Assembly (NCBI GenBank): GCA_050253415.1
Contig: JBFWJC010000001.1
Location: forward strand, 1,448,679 to 1,512,678
Length of the DNA: 64,000 bases
Origin: Pedobacter sp.
Lineage (GTDB): Bacteria > Desulfobacterota > Desulfuromonadia > Desulfuromonadales > Syntrophotaleaceae
Direction of reading: 5' to 3'
Shown here piece by piece: positions 9,924 to 19,552 of the stretch (positions within the stretch are counted from its first letter, which is position 1; each line of letters starts with the position of its first letter). Position numbers and translations under genes: made by a program. The notes below the pieces were generated by a model. The model made no database searches and was not told the DNA's origin. It worked only from the letters and a program-made list of their open reading frames with translations.

Positions 9924-10721
9924 TCAACGTGGGAAAGGGAAAACAAGTTGCAGCAGCAGGCAGGCCATGGTGACGATTCCGGCCAGGCCGGCCAAGCTGT
10001 TGAACAGGTTAGAGGTCGCCTTGCGCCGGCTCAGCGGCAAAAGCAGACCAAAAAGCGCTCCACCCAGCGCGCCACCCAGGTGCCCGGCATTGTCCGCGCC
10101 CAGCATCAGGCCAAAAATAAAGGCCATGGCCGCCCATTGCAACATGAAATTACGTACTGTATGGGCATGGTTACCCAGCCGATGAAAGTAGACCGCGGCG
10201 AAGCCGATGAGGCCGAACAGGGAGCCGGAGGCGCCCACTACCGGAACCACCGGGTGCCACAGCAGTCCGAGCAGAGTGGCAGTCAGGGCGGTAAAGGTAT
10301 AGAGGGTGAAAAAGCGCGCCGGGCCGACCTGGTCCTCGACGATAGGCCCAACCTGGTAAAGCACGACCATGTTGAATCCCAGATGTATCAGACCGCCGTG
10401 AGTGTAGGCATAGGTCAGGCAGCGCCACCATTGATGGTAATTCAACACCTCTGGATACCAGCGCTGGGCGCCAAAATACATAAGCAGGCCCGTGGGGGGA
10501 TTGAGTGCGACCCCTGGACCGAGTCCGGCGGCAAGAGCGCGCAGGATCATGATGACGAACCATAACAGGTTGATACCAATGAGTATCCGCGAAACACATA
10601 CCGGACTGTAGGGAAGCCGTGGATCGGAGACATATCGCGACAGGGTGCGTTTCCAGCGTTGCACACGCCAGTGCCAGTGAAGGCGGGCAAAAGGGCGGAT
10701 GAGATTTTCGGCAGTATCCAA
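9924..10721 (-). CDS. Rhomboid intramembrane serine protease
   Basis: WWR, HLGFNM, GASG catalytic Ser, NAGHLGG catalytic His; start codon uncertain. Confidence 0.9.
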   Translation of the reverse strand: MDTAENLIRPFARLHWHWRVQRWKRTLSRYVSDPRLPYSPVCVSRILIGINLLWFVIMILRALAAGLGPGVALNPPTGLLMYFGAQRWYPEVLNYHQWWRCLTYAYTHGGLIHLGFNMVVLYQVGPIVEDQVGPARFFTLYTFTALTATLLGLLWHPVVPVVGASGSLFGLIGFAAVYFHRLGNHAHTVRNFMLQWAAMAFIFGLMLGADNAGHLGGALGGALFGLLLPLSRRKATSNLFNSLAGLAGIVTMACLLLQLVFPFPR

Positions 10722-10929
10722 GAGCAGGGTTCCTTTCTGAGACAGGTGCCGCTACTATGGCAGAAATTCACCCGAGGTTCAATAACCGGCGTTTTTTTTA
10801 CTGTTAAACGTTGAAATCCCATGCGGGGCAATGGTCTTGGCCAGCTGCGCTGTGTTGACTTTCGAGGCCGGTGGTGATTGGCTAAGGGATACCACCGCAA
10901 TAAGGAGTTCATCAAAAGGAGATGTCACA

Positions 10930-12294
10930 ATGAGCATGGTTTCAATGAATCCCGCCACCGGCGAAGTGAGCGGAACCTTTGAGGAATACGATACCGTCCA
11001 GGTTATGGATATAGTGCAACGGGTACACCAGGCCTGGCAGGGGTGGCGCCAGGTTTCTCTACGGGAACGCAGCGAGCGGCTTTGCTGTATGGCGCAGCGG
11101 CTGCGCGCGCGATCCGACGAGCTGGCACGCATGATGGCGCTGGAGATGGGCAAACCGATTACCGAAGGGCGGGCCGAAATCGAAAAGTGCGCCCTGGTCT
11201 GCGAATACTATGCGCAGCAGGCCCCCGCCATGCTGGCCGAGCAACCGATCGCCAGCGATGCCTCGCGATCTTATGTCACCTTTCGTCCCTTGGGAGTAGT
11301 GCTGGCGGTGATGCCGTGGAATTTTCCCTTCTGGCAGGTATTCCGGTTTGCAGCGCCGGCTTTGATGGCCGGGAATGGAGCGTTGCTCAAACATTCCTCC
11401 AATGTGCCGCGCTGCGCTTTGGCTATCGAGGAATTATTCGTAGACGCGGGATTCCCCCAAGATGTATTCCGCACTCTGATGATCGGTTCAGGTGGCGTTG
11501 ATGCGGTTGTCGAGCATCCCCTGGTCCGCGCCGTGACCCTTACCGGCAGCGACTTTGCCGGTCGCAAGGTCGCTGCAAGGGCGGGGCAGATGCTCAAAAA
11601 AACGGTCCTGGAACTTGGGGGGAGCGATCCGTTTATTGTCACTCCCGGAGCCGATCTGAGGCTGGCGGCGCAGGTCGGAGCCCGGGCCCGTTGTCTGAAT
11701 TCAGGGCAGAGTTGCATCGCGGCCAAGCGTTTTATTGTATGTGATGAGGTATATGAGGAGTTTTTGAGCCTGTTTTCGGACGCCATGGCAAAGCTGGTGG
11801 TGGGCGATCCGCTGGACGAAACCACTCAGGTCGGCCCCCAGGCACGTGGGGACTTGCGTGACGAATTGCATCAGCAGGTGCAAGTTTCTGTGGCGGCTGG
11901 AGCACGCCTGGTCCTGGGTGGCCGGGCCCTGGAACGGACGGGTTTTTTCTATGCGCCCACCATATTGGCCGATGTCGGTCCCGGTATGCCGGCCTATCAC
12001 GAGGAGCTGTTCGGGCCGGTCGCCTCGGTCATCAGGGTGGCCGATATCGAGCAGGCCCTTGCGGTAGCCAACGATACCCCTTACGGCCTTGGTGGCTCGG
12101 TGTGGGATCGTGATACGGCGCGGGCCGAGGCTCTGGCGGGGCGTATCGAGGCGGGTGCGGTGTTTGTCAACGGCATGGTCAAGAGCGATCCGCGCCTGCC
12201 ATTTGGTGGCATTAAGGATTCCGGATACGGGCGCGAGCTTTCCCACTACGGCTTGATGGAATTTGTCAACATCCAGACCGTATGGATAGCCTGA
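10930..12294 (+). CDS. NAD(P)-dependent succinate-semialdehyde dehydrogenase family aldehyde dehydrogenase
   Basis: MPWNFP, LTGS, ELGGSDP, NSGQSCIA, EELFGP, PFGGIKDSGYGRE. Confidence 0.93.
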   Translation: MSMVSMNPATGEVSGTFEEYDTVQVMDIVQRVHQAWQGWRQVSLRERSERLCCMAQRLRARSDELARMMALEMGKPITEGRAEIEKCALVCEYYAQQAPAMLAEQPIASDASRSYVTFRPLGVVLAVMPWNFPFWQVFRFAAPALMAGNGALLKHSSNVPRCALAIEELFVDAGFPQDVFRTLMIGSGGVDAVVEHPLVRAVTLTGSDFAGRKVAARAGQMLKKTVLELGGSDPFIVTPGADLRLAAQVGARARCLNSGQSCIAAKRFIVCDEVYEEFLSLFSDAMAKLVVGDPLDETTQVGPQARGDLRDELHQQVQVSVAAGARLVLGGRALERTGFFYAPTILADVGPGMPAYHEELFGPVASVIRVADIEQALAVANDTPYGLGGSVWDRDTARAEALAGRIEAGAVFVNGMVKSDPRLPFGGIKDSGYGRELSHYGLMEFVNIQTVWIA

Positions 12295-12429
12295 TTTCTC
12301 CCGGAGAAAAAATACGGTACACTTGCTTCATAAGGTAAAAAGGCTTCTGATGATTCAGGCCAGGCGGGTGCCCCTGAGTAGCATCTGGCTCATGCAGCAT
12401 GTTTGCCCGCCGATAACTGGAAAGGCTGA

Positions 12430-14226
12430 TTGGCATTGCATTTGGCTTTTTGGCAAAAATGGCTCGTCGTTTGTATTTTAATACCGGTCGGTTTGCTTGG
12501 CGTTACGGAAAATTGCTTCGCAAACGAGGCTGGTTCCCGTTCCGTCTCAAGTCAGTTGCGGCAGATCATTGAGCCTTTCAGTGTTGAAGGCTCATCTGCC
12601 TCTGCCTTGCTGGAGGTGGAAGCGTTGCAGCTGCCTCTGCATGAGCAACTGGTTTCCTTTTATCGACAGCGTGATTATCACCCTGCCTGGTTTCAAGGCG
12701 GCACGGTGGCGCCGGTTGCCTGGCAGTGGCTCGAGCGGGTACAGGGTGTCGCGGCTGAAGGGTTGAACCCTCGCGATTACCACGTTGAGACTCTTGCGGT
12801 TAGTCTGGAAATGGCCCATATCGCACAGTCCTACGGGGTTGAGTGCGATTCGGTCGGGCTGGCACTGATCGATATTCTGCTTACGGACGCTTTTTTGAAA
12901 TATGTGTCTCATCTGCTTGGTGGGCGGGTCGACATCACGCGACTTTATGCAGCCGAATGGCAGGCTGTCGTGCCAAAAACCGATGCCGTGACGGTGTTGC
13001 ATCAAGTTCTGCTCAAACAGCAGGTAGGCGCAGTGCTGGAAGAGTTAGTGCCTTATCGAGCCAGCCAACTCAGGTTGGGTGTTTACCTGGAGCATTATCG
13101 CCAGTTGGCGTTGGCCGGAGGGTGGCCGTTGCTGCCTGTAGGACCGTCCGTTTCCCTGGGGAAGAGAGACCATCGGGTCCCCTTGCTGAGACACTTTCTC
13201 ATGCTTGTCGGTGATCTCGACAAATCCCGCGAGTCATCGAGCTGGACCCTTGATCGGCCTGCGGTTGAAGCTTTAAAACGCTTTCAGGCCAGACATGGAT
13301 TGCGCGCAGATGGCGTGCTTGGCAAGGATACCCTGGCTCAGATTAATGTGCCTGTTGCCCGGCGTATCGAACAGCTCAGGCTCAATCTTGAGCGAGAACG
13401 TTGGCCGGCGCAGGATACCGGTCCCCGTTATCTGCAGGTAGATATTACCGATTTCAATCTTACGGTGGTTGATCAAGGCGTTGAAGTCATGCGAATGCCG
13501 GTGGTGGTAGGCACAGAATTTCGCCGTACGCCGGTTTTTTCCGCGTTGATGAAGTACCTGGTGTTTGCACCGTACTGGACCGTCCCCCCGACCATATTCC
13601 AGGAGGATAAGTGGCCGCATATCAAGGCGGACAGGAATTATCTGACGGCCCATCACTACGAGATTGTCGCTTGGGGGAAAGCTCCGAATCGCATCATCGA
13701 TCCGGCAAGCCTCAATTGGAAGACCCTGACAGCTCAAAATTTCCCCGGCATGCTTCGGCAGAAGCCGGGTCCCTGGAATCCTCTGGGGAAAGTGAAATTC
13801 ATGTTCCCCAATGCTTACCATGTCTATCTGCACGATACGCCGTCGCAGCATCTGTTTGGAGAACAACAACGGACTTTCAGCTCAGGTTGTATACGCATAG
13901 CTCGGCCGCTGGAGTTGGCCGTTTATCTTCTGGAGGGACAGGCTGGCTGGGATCGGGAACGGATAGAAAAGGAAATGGCTGGCTCCAAACCGTATTCGGT
14001 TCGATTGAAACGGCCTGTTCCGGTTCATATCCTGTATCGTACCGCTTGGGTCGATGCACAGGGCAGGTTGCAGTTTCGCAATGATATCTATCAGCGGGAT
14101 GCCAAATTGCAGGCGGTTTTACAGGACCAGTCAATGCCAGAAGACCAGCCGACCGAAATGGCTTCGCAGGGTGGCGTAGACATCTACGATGCAGAATCCG
14201 AAAGCGGGGTGCACGTGATCAGATAA
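12430..14226 (+). CDS. L,D-transpeptidase (YcbB/LdtD-like: scaffold, PG-binding and YkuD domains)
   Basis: ALKRFQARHGL.ADG PG-binding motif; RQKPGPWNPLG.VKFMFPN...YLHDTP...FSSGCIR. Confidence 0.93.
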   Translation: MALHLAFWQKWLVVCILIPVGLLGVTENCFANEAGSRSVSSQLRQIIEPFSVEGSSASALLEVEALQLPLHEQLVSFYRQRDYHPAWFQGGTVAPVAWQWLERVQGVAAEGLNPRDYHVETLAVSLEMAHIAQSYGVECDSVGLALIDILLTDAFLKYVSHLLGGRVDITRLYAAEWQAVVPKTDAVTVLHQVLLKQQVGAVLEELVPYRASQLRLGVYLEHYRQLALAGGWPLLPVGPSVSLGKRDHRVPLLRHFLMLVGDLDKSRESSSWTLDRPAVEALKRFQARHGLRADGVLGKDTLAQINVPVARRIEQLRLNLERERWPAQDTGPRYLQVDITDFNLTVVDQGVEVMRMPVVVGTEFRRTPVFSALMKYLVFAPYWTVPPTIFQEDKWPHIKADRNYLTAHHYEIVAWGKAPNRIIDPASLNWKTLTAQNFPGMLRQKPGPWNPLGKVKFMFPNAYHVYLHDTPSQHLFGEQQRTFSSGCIRIARPLELAVYLLEGQAGWDRERIEKEMAGSKPYSVRLKRPVPVHILYRTAWVDAQGRLQFRNDIYQRDAKLQAVLQDQSMPEDQPTEMASQGGVDIYDAESESGVHVIR

Positions 14227-15430
14227 GATCTTTGAGCCAGTGAAACGCCAGAAAAGTGCCGGCTGCCGAGCCGAGATTTGAAAACAGAAACACCAGCAAT
14301 ACCCGGGTAAGGCGGTTGCTCCACCAGCCGCGCAAAGTCGCCACATCGTCGCTGACATTTTCCAGGTCCTGGACCGTAGGCCCGGCCAGGTAAGCCTGCA
14401 TCAGGCCTGTAACGAATCCGGCGCCGATGGCAGGGTTGAGGGATGTGAACGGCGCAGCCACGAATGCGGTGGCAACGGTCAGAGGGTGTCCCAGGGCAAT
14501 GATGGCACCCAAGGCTGACAGTACGCCGTTGGCCAAAAACCAGGCCACCGCCGCGTCGGTCAGTCGGGCACGGTCTCCCAGAAAAAATCCGGCGACGAAC
14601 AGAGCGACGACCACTGCGGGGATCAGCCAGGGGAGGATCTTGGATAAACGGGGTTTTTCCGGAATGTGGCTGATTTCTTCGATTTCGGCTTCGTCAATAT
14701 GACAAGGCAGGTTTTCTTGAATGCCCGGCATGTGCGCGGCACCGACGACCGCCACTATTTTACTGCCGGGTGCTTTGGCAATGTGATAAGCCATGAAACG
14801 GTCGCGCTCATCCACCAAAATCGTTTTAATCCCCGGTAAGTTGTCTCCCATCTCCTGCAACAAAGCCGAAAGAGTGTCGTGCTGGCGCAACTCGGCAAGT
14901 TGCTCTTCGTCCAGGCGGGTATTGTCGAACATGCCTGCCAATAAAGCCGAGAACAGATGCAGTTTTTTCCACAAGCCGGTTTGGCGCCAGGCTCGCAGCA
15001 ACGTGGTGCGGATATTCCGATCGATCAGGCTAAGGTGAAGTTGCCGGGTTTCAGCTTCTTCGGCGGCCGCAGCCAGTTCTTCGCCCGGTTTGACGCCGGT
15101 TCCCATGCCCATGCGTTTTTGAACGGATGACAACGCCAGATTGGCCAGTAAAAATGCCCCCTGGCCACTGCGCAGAACCTGGATAAGGTTGAGTGAGCGC
15201 CATCGGTGGGGGTCGCGAATCGCCTGATATCGCTGTTCGTCGAGTTCGACGCAAATGGTGTCCGGTTGTTCCTCCTCGATGACCTGGCGTACCACATTGA
15301 CCGAGTCTCGGGAGATATGAGCGGTGCCGATCAGGATCACCTGTTTGTCATCGAGTTGGATGCGTCGAATATCGGAATGGGGGCTTGCCGAATCGATCGA
15401 TGATGTCTGGAGTGTCTGGCAGGAGGACAT
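14219..15430 (-). CDS. TraB/GumN (pheromone shutdown-related) family protein
   Basis: LIGTAHIS, CVELD, G.KPGEE, DERD, VVGAAH; C-terminal TM segments. Confidence 0.92.
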   Translation of the reverse strand: MSSCQTLQTSSIDSASPHSDIRRIQLDDKQVILIGTAHISRDSVNVVRQVIEEEQPDTICVELDEQRYQAIRDPHRWRSLNLIQVLRSGQGAFLLANLALSSVQKRMGMGTGVKPGEELAAAAEEAETRQLHLSLIDRNIRTTLLRAWRQTGLWKKLHLFSALLAGMFDNTRLDEEQLAELRQHDTLSALLQEMGDNLPGIKTILVDERDRFMAYHIAKAPGSKIVAVVGAAHMPGIQENLPCHIDEAEIEEISHIPEKPRLSKILPWLIPAVVVALFVAGFFLGDRARLTDAAVAWFLANGVLSALGAIIALGHPLTVATAFVAAPFTSLNPAIGAGFVTGLMQAYLAGPTVQDLENVSDDVATLRGWWSNRLTRVLLVFLFSNLGSAAGTFLAFHWLKDLI

Positions 15431-15518
15431 GAGGGGGAAATTCCTGTAGCAAAAGATGCTCCCCGGGGAGCATCGGTGTTTTAGTGGGTCAAGTCGACGC
15501 TGTTGTCGTCGATAAACA

Positions 15519-15547
15519 GAAAGCGCCCGGTTAATATCCGCGCGCTT
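15519..15547 (-). terminator. Intrinsic terminator of the 6S-like RNA
   Basis: Minus strand AAGCGCGCGG-atattaa-CCGGGCGCTT followed by TCTGTTT. Confidence 0.65.
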
Positions 15548-15552
15548 CCGGT

Positions 15553-15745
15553 AGAAAGCTCTCCACTGCTGCCGTGGGTTTTCAGGCCTCCAAGCGAGTC
15601 CTAATTAAGTGGGAATCACAGGCTGCGTATCAGGCGTCCCAATCCAGGTTGGGCTGGCACACAACACATCCTTGTTCAACCCGTTTTGAAAAATATTCCG
15701 CTGGGGCGTATCAAAACCTCACCTGCAGAGCAGAGAGCCTTTCTG
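15553..15745 (-). ncRNA. ssrS: 6S RNA-like non-coding RNA, about 190 nt
   Basis: Rod-like fold by eye: 5' AGAAAGGCTCTC pairs with 3' GAGAGCTTTCT; GTGAGGTTTT/AAAACCCAC; CCAGCG/CGCTTGG; central A/U-rich bubble; apical CCCAA/TTGGG hairpin; flanked by promoter and terminator. Confidence 0.8.
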
Positions 15746-15752
15746 CATGTTC

Positions 15753-15781
15753 ACTATAGACAAATCAGTGGTGGGTGACAA
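15753..15781 (-). promoter_or_regulatory. sigma70 promoter of the 6S-like RNA
   Basis: TTGTCA-N17-TATAGT on the minus strand, about 7 nt before the predicted RNA 5' end. Confidence 0.75.
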
Positions 15782-16261
15782 GGGGGATTTTTAACGGTTG
15801 TTTTTATGGGCAGTTTTTGCGGCAGACCTGAATGTTACTTGTAAAACATCCTAAAAATAATCGTCTAACTTTCGCCGTTTTAATGCCGTTTGAAAAGCTC
15901 TGTCCTGCTGTGGGGATTGTTTGCCGTGCGCCGCTACCGAAGGCTGTCGGCATTATGCATAGTTATCTTCCAGGATGATGTCGATAAACTGCAATGGGTC
16001 GCCAGGTGCGGAAGGCGGCTTCGGTTTATATTTTCTCCGGCCGATGTGGTTTGTATTCCCAATTTCATTAGATTGGAATGGAGGAGGGGCGGGTATGCGG
16101 TGTTTGTTCTTCTCTTACATGTAGCATGCCCCAGTATTGCTGACATCCCGATGGGTCGTTTGCCCCACCTGATAGACGGCTTCGCGAGAAGTTATTGGCA
16201 AAAGTTTAAAAATGACCGCCTAAGTATCCGAAACAATGTTGTTCGTTGGTGTAGCGTTGTT

Positions 16262-16277
16262 TGGCACAAAGGTTGCT
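16262..16277 (+). promoter_or_regulatory. sigma54 (-24/-12) promoter
   Basis: TGGCACaaaggTTGCT matches the TGGCAC-N5-TTGC consensus exactly. Confidence 0.7.
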
Positions 16278-16696
16278 CCTGTATGCACGCTGCCGATAAC
16301 TGCCTGCCCCCAAAATCTCTATCGCTTGAGACGGGGTGCGTTGCACTGCTTACCAAAGGTCGGGTCCGGTTATGAAGTCCAGGGCTTTTGCCAAAACGAT
16401 AAACCAGGTCATGTTATCAGGGCTTTTTGATCAATAGGGCAGCGCTTTCGTTTCTAAACTTAGTATGAAATTTTTGCGTGATTTCACTTTTTAATAATAG
16501 GGTTTCACCTTTTCCCCCCTTGGTTTAAAGCCCGCCGACACGGTTGGACGCAGACTGTGTCACATAAACCAGAACGAAGAGGGTAGAATTAGTTTTCAGG
16601 ACACCCTGTGTCTTGGGAGACAGGCGCCTGGAACGTGTTGACCTTGTTCGGTTCGGAGTGTCTGTCGAGTCATTACCAATTGCAGCCGGGTTTTTT

Positions 16697-19096
16697 ATGA
16701 AGATTCGTACCAAAATCATCGGAATGGGTTTAATGCTGGTTTTGATCACAGCATTTTCCATCGTGGGGGTCTCCATCGAGCAGGTCCACGTCCTCGATAC
16801 CGCGATCAATGAGGAAATGGAGAGTTTCGTCCACAATGAAACGCGCAAGGTGGCAGAGAGTGTCTATCTCATGTGTCGTTCCGTGCAAGAACTCCAGGAC
16901 GAGGCATTGAAACGTAATCTTGGCGTCGCCGCCAAGCTGCTGCGCGAGCAGGGGGGGATGGTCTTCGGACAGGATCAGGTTGCGTGGCGCGCGGTAAACC
17001 AGTTCGACAAAAGCGTCAGGGAAATACGTCTGCCCAAGGTGCTGGTAGGCGGGCGCTGGCTTGGCAAAGATGGGGATATTGCACGCAAGTCTCCGGTAGT
17101 CGACCAGGTACAGGAAATGTTGGGAGTGACCTGCACCCTGTTTCAGCGAATGAACGCGTCCGGCGACATGCTGCGAGTGGCCACCAATGTTCTCAACGAT
17201 GATGGCACACGTGCTATCGGTACCTATATACCTCATCAAAATCCGGATGGCAGTATCAATCCGGTTATCCGTGCTTTGCAGAGCGGAAAACCTTTCATCG
17301 GGAGTTCCTTTGTTGTAAATGACTGGTATGTCACCCGTTACGAACCGATCATGGATAGCACGGGTAAACAACTTATCGGTGCCCTGTATGTTGGATATCG
17401 GCAAGATAGTCTGGACAGTTTGCGCAAGGGCATTCTCGATATCGTGGTCGGTAAAACCGGGTATGTCTATGTACTCGGCAGCAAGGGCAGCCAGCGGGGG
17501 AAAATGCTCATTTCGCCCCTGAGCCGGTATCAGGGCAAGTCGGTGATCTCAGGTGATGATCGCCATATCCAGATTGTTGCACATCGCTTGCTGCAAAAGG
17601 CCTCGCAGGTTTTCCACACGAAACACAACGATGATGAGATTCCCGTCATCTTCGAACAATATCCCTGGCGAAACGCAACGGATGAGGCTTATCGCGAAAA
17701 ACTGGTTGCCGTGACCTATTTTGAGCCTTGGGACTGGGTTATCGTTGCCGGGGCTTATCGTGATGATTACGCCGACATTCAGAATCGTTTTGTCGATTCG
17801 TTATCGCGAGCGATTTTATCGATTTCTATCGTTGCCCTTGGCATTGTATTGATTTCCCTTATTGTCGGATTCTATGTAGCGGGAGGTATTGTCCGGCCGC
17901 TGGAAAGGGCGATAGTACTGTTTGAGCGTATCGGTAGGGGGCGTCTTGATCGGCACTTGAATATGGACCGGGACGATGAGATCGGACAGTTGGCCAGGGC
18001 TTTTGATCGTATGATCGATAATCTGAAAGAAGTGACGGCGTCACGCAACGAACTCAATAGTGAAATTATCGAACGTACCAAAATAGAAAAGCAGCTCCGG
18101 GCAACCTCCTTGCAGCGTGCAGCGCTGGAATCGATAGTCAACCACAGCCCGGCAGTGGCTTTTCTCTTGAGGCTGGATGAAAAGTGGAAAATCGAGTTTG
18201 TTTCGGACAATGTCAGTCAGTTTGGCTACGAACCTGAGGAATTTACGGAAGATAAAGTAAAATTCCCGACGATTGTGCATCCCGATGACCTGGACAGGGC
18301 TGTTGCCGAGGCCACCCTGCAACTGCAACAAGGTCAGGAAGAACGCTTCTCGCTGGAATTTCGTTTGATCAAACGTAGCGGTGAACTTTGCTGGATCGAT
18401 GCCCGTCTATGGTTGCACCGGGACGAGGGAGGCGACGTTACCCATGTTCAGGGAGTCATGCTTGATGTCAGCGATCGCAAAAAAGCCGAAGAAAGAGTGC
18501 GTCAGTTGGCTTTTTACGATGTCCTGACGGGCCTGCCGAATCGTGCGCTGTTCATCAACCGTTTGGAGCAGAGTCTGGCGCAGGCCGAAAGGGATGGTCG
18601 GTTGTTGGCGCTCATATGTCTGGATCTTGATCGTTTCAAGGAAATCAACGATACCTACGGACACGCCGCAGGAGACATGGTATTGCAAGCCGCGGCGCAG
18701 CGTCTAAACTCCTGCATCCGTCGGAATGACACGGTTGCGCGTCTCGGCGGGGACGAATTTTTTATTCTTTTGCCTGGTCTTGATCTTCACGACCAGGTCA
18801 CCAGCGTGGCGATAAAGATTCTTAAAGTTATGGCTGTCCCTTTCCAGATTGAGACAGAGCAGGTTGTCGTAACGCCCAGTATCGGCATTGTATTCTTCCC
18901 TGAACATGGCAATCAAATGGGGGATCTGCTTAAGCGTGCCGATATCGCCATGTATGCCGCCAAGGGTCTTGGCCGCAACCGATACGAATATTTTTCTGAA
19001 GAAATGGAGCAGAACAGCAAGGTGGTGGGGATTCAGGTCCAGGCTAAATCCGTCAAGCCCCTGGACCCTCAGGCAGATTCCGACCCTATGAAATAA
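16697..19096 (+). CDS. Membrane sensor diguanylate cyclase (Cache-type periplasmic domain, HAMP, PAS, GGDEF)
   Basis: Two TM segments; RVATNV...RAIGTYIP Cache-like region; DEIGQLARAF HAMP; VHPDD PAS; RRND I-site and RLGGDEF. Confidence 0.92.
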   Translation: MKIRTKIIGMGLMLVLITAFSIVGVSIEQVHVLDTAINEEMESFVHNETRKVAESVYLMCRSVQELQDEALKRNLGVAAKLLREQGGMVFGQDQVAWRAVNQFDKSVREIRLPKVLVGGRWLGKDGDIARKSPVVDQVQEMLGVTCTLFQRMNASGDMLRVATNVLNDDGTRAIGTYIPHQNPDGSINPVIRALQSGKPFIGSSFVVNDWYVTRYEPIMDSTGKQLIGALYVGYRQDSLDSLRKGILDIVVGKTGYVYVLGSKGSQRGKMLISPLSRYQGKSVISGDDRHIQIVAHRLLQKASQVFHTKHNDDEIPVIFEQYPWRNATDEAYREKLVAVTYFEPWDWVIVAGAYRDDYADIQNRFVDSLSRAILSISIVALGIVLISLIVGFYVAGGIVRPLERAIVLFERIGRGRLDRHLNMDRDDEIGQLARAFDRMIDNLKEVTASRNELNSEIIERTKIEKQLRATSLQRAALESIVNHSPAVAFLLRLDEKWKIEFVSDNVSQFGYEPEEFTEDKVKFPTIVHPDDLDRAVAEATLQLQQGQEERFSLEFRLIKRSGELCWIDARLWLHRDEGGDVTHVQGVMLDVSDRKKAEERVRQLAFYDVLTGLPNRALFINRLEQSLAQAERDGRLLALICLDLDRFKEINDTYGHAAGDMVLQAAAQRLNSCIRRNDTVARLGGDEFFILLPGLDLHDQVTSVAIKILKVMAVPFQIETEQVVVTPSIGIVFFPEHGNQMGDLLKRADIAMYAAKGLGRNRYEYFSEEMEQNSKVVGIQVQAKSVKPLDPQADSDPMK

Positions 19097-19217
19097 CGCC
19101 GCCTGAAAAAGAAACAATCATCCCATTGTTGTCGCACGTTCGATAGGGTATGCGTTTTCCCTTCTAATGCCTGGGGGCTCAAACAGTGTGGAATGGATGG
19201 GCGCTGGTTCTGATCGT

Positions 19218-19490
19218 TCATTCCATGCGCTTGTTGACCCGATAGACGAAGGCCAGGATTTCTGCAACCGCCTGGTAAAGTTCTACAGGGATTTCCTTGC
19301 CCAGGGGGACCTTGCTTAATAGCTCTACCAGGTCAGGGTCTTGAACGACTTCAACACCCGCTTGCCTGGCTGTTGTCAGAATTTTGTCGGCAATAGCACC
19401 TTTGCCGCTGGCAACGACGACCGGTGCGCCGCCGCTTTCTTTTTTATAGGTCAGAGCGACCGCTTTATCCTGGCAAGTTTTTTCTTTCAT
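19218..19490 (-). CDS. Stand-alone FlhB C-terminal-like (EscU/YscU/HrcU switch family) protein
   Basis: AVALTY...APVVVASGKG.IA..I...A; EIP.ELYQAVAEILAFVY. Confidence 0.9.
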   Translation of the reverse strand: MKEKTCQDKAVALTYKKESGGAPVVVASGKGAIADKILTTARQAGVEVVQDPDLVELLSKVPLGKEIPVELYQAVAEILAFVYRVNKRME

Positions 19491-19552
19491 GGAAGCCTTC
19501 GGTGGATGTCGAGATATTCCTGTTGTTTTGCTGCCTGTCAAACGTTAATCGG

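Noticed and set aside
16170..16210. CTTC-GCGA-GAAG tetraloop hairpin followed by GGCAAA, resembling part of a c-di-GMP-I (GEMM) riboswitch
   Set aside because: No upstream GYAAA element or second conserved stem, and it lies upstream of the sigma54 promoter
16292..16299. Perfect sigma28 -10 box GCCGATAA
   Set aside because: No TAAA/TCAA at 15-16 nt upstream; that position is the sigma54 -12 element
15890..16375. 161-aa ORF in the intergenic gap
   Set aside because: TTG start without SD, no recognisable motif, atypical composition; overlaps the sigma54 site
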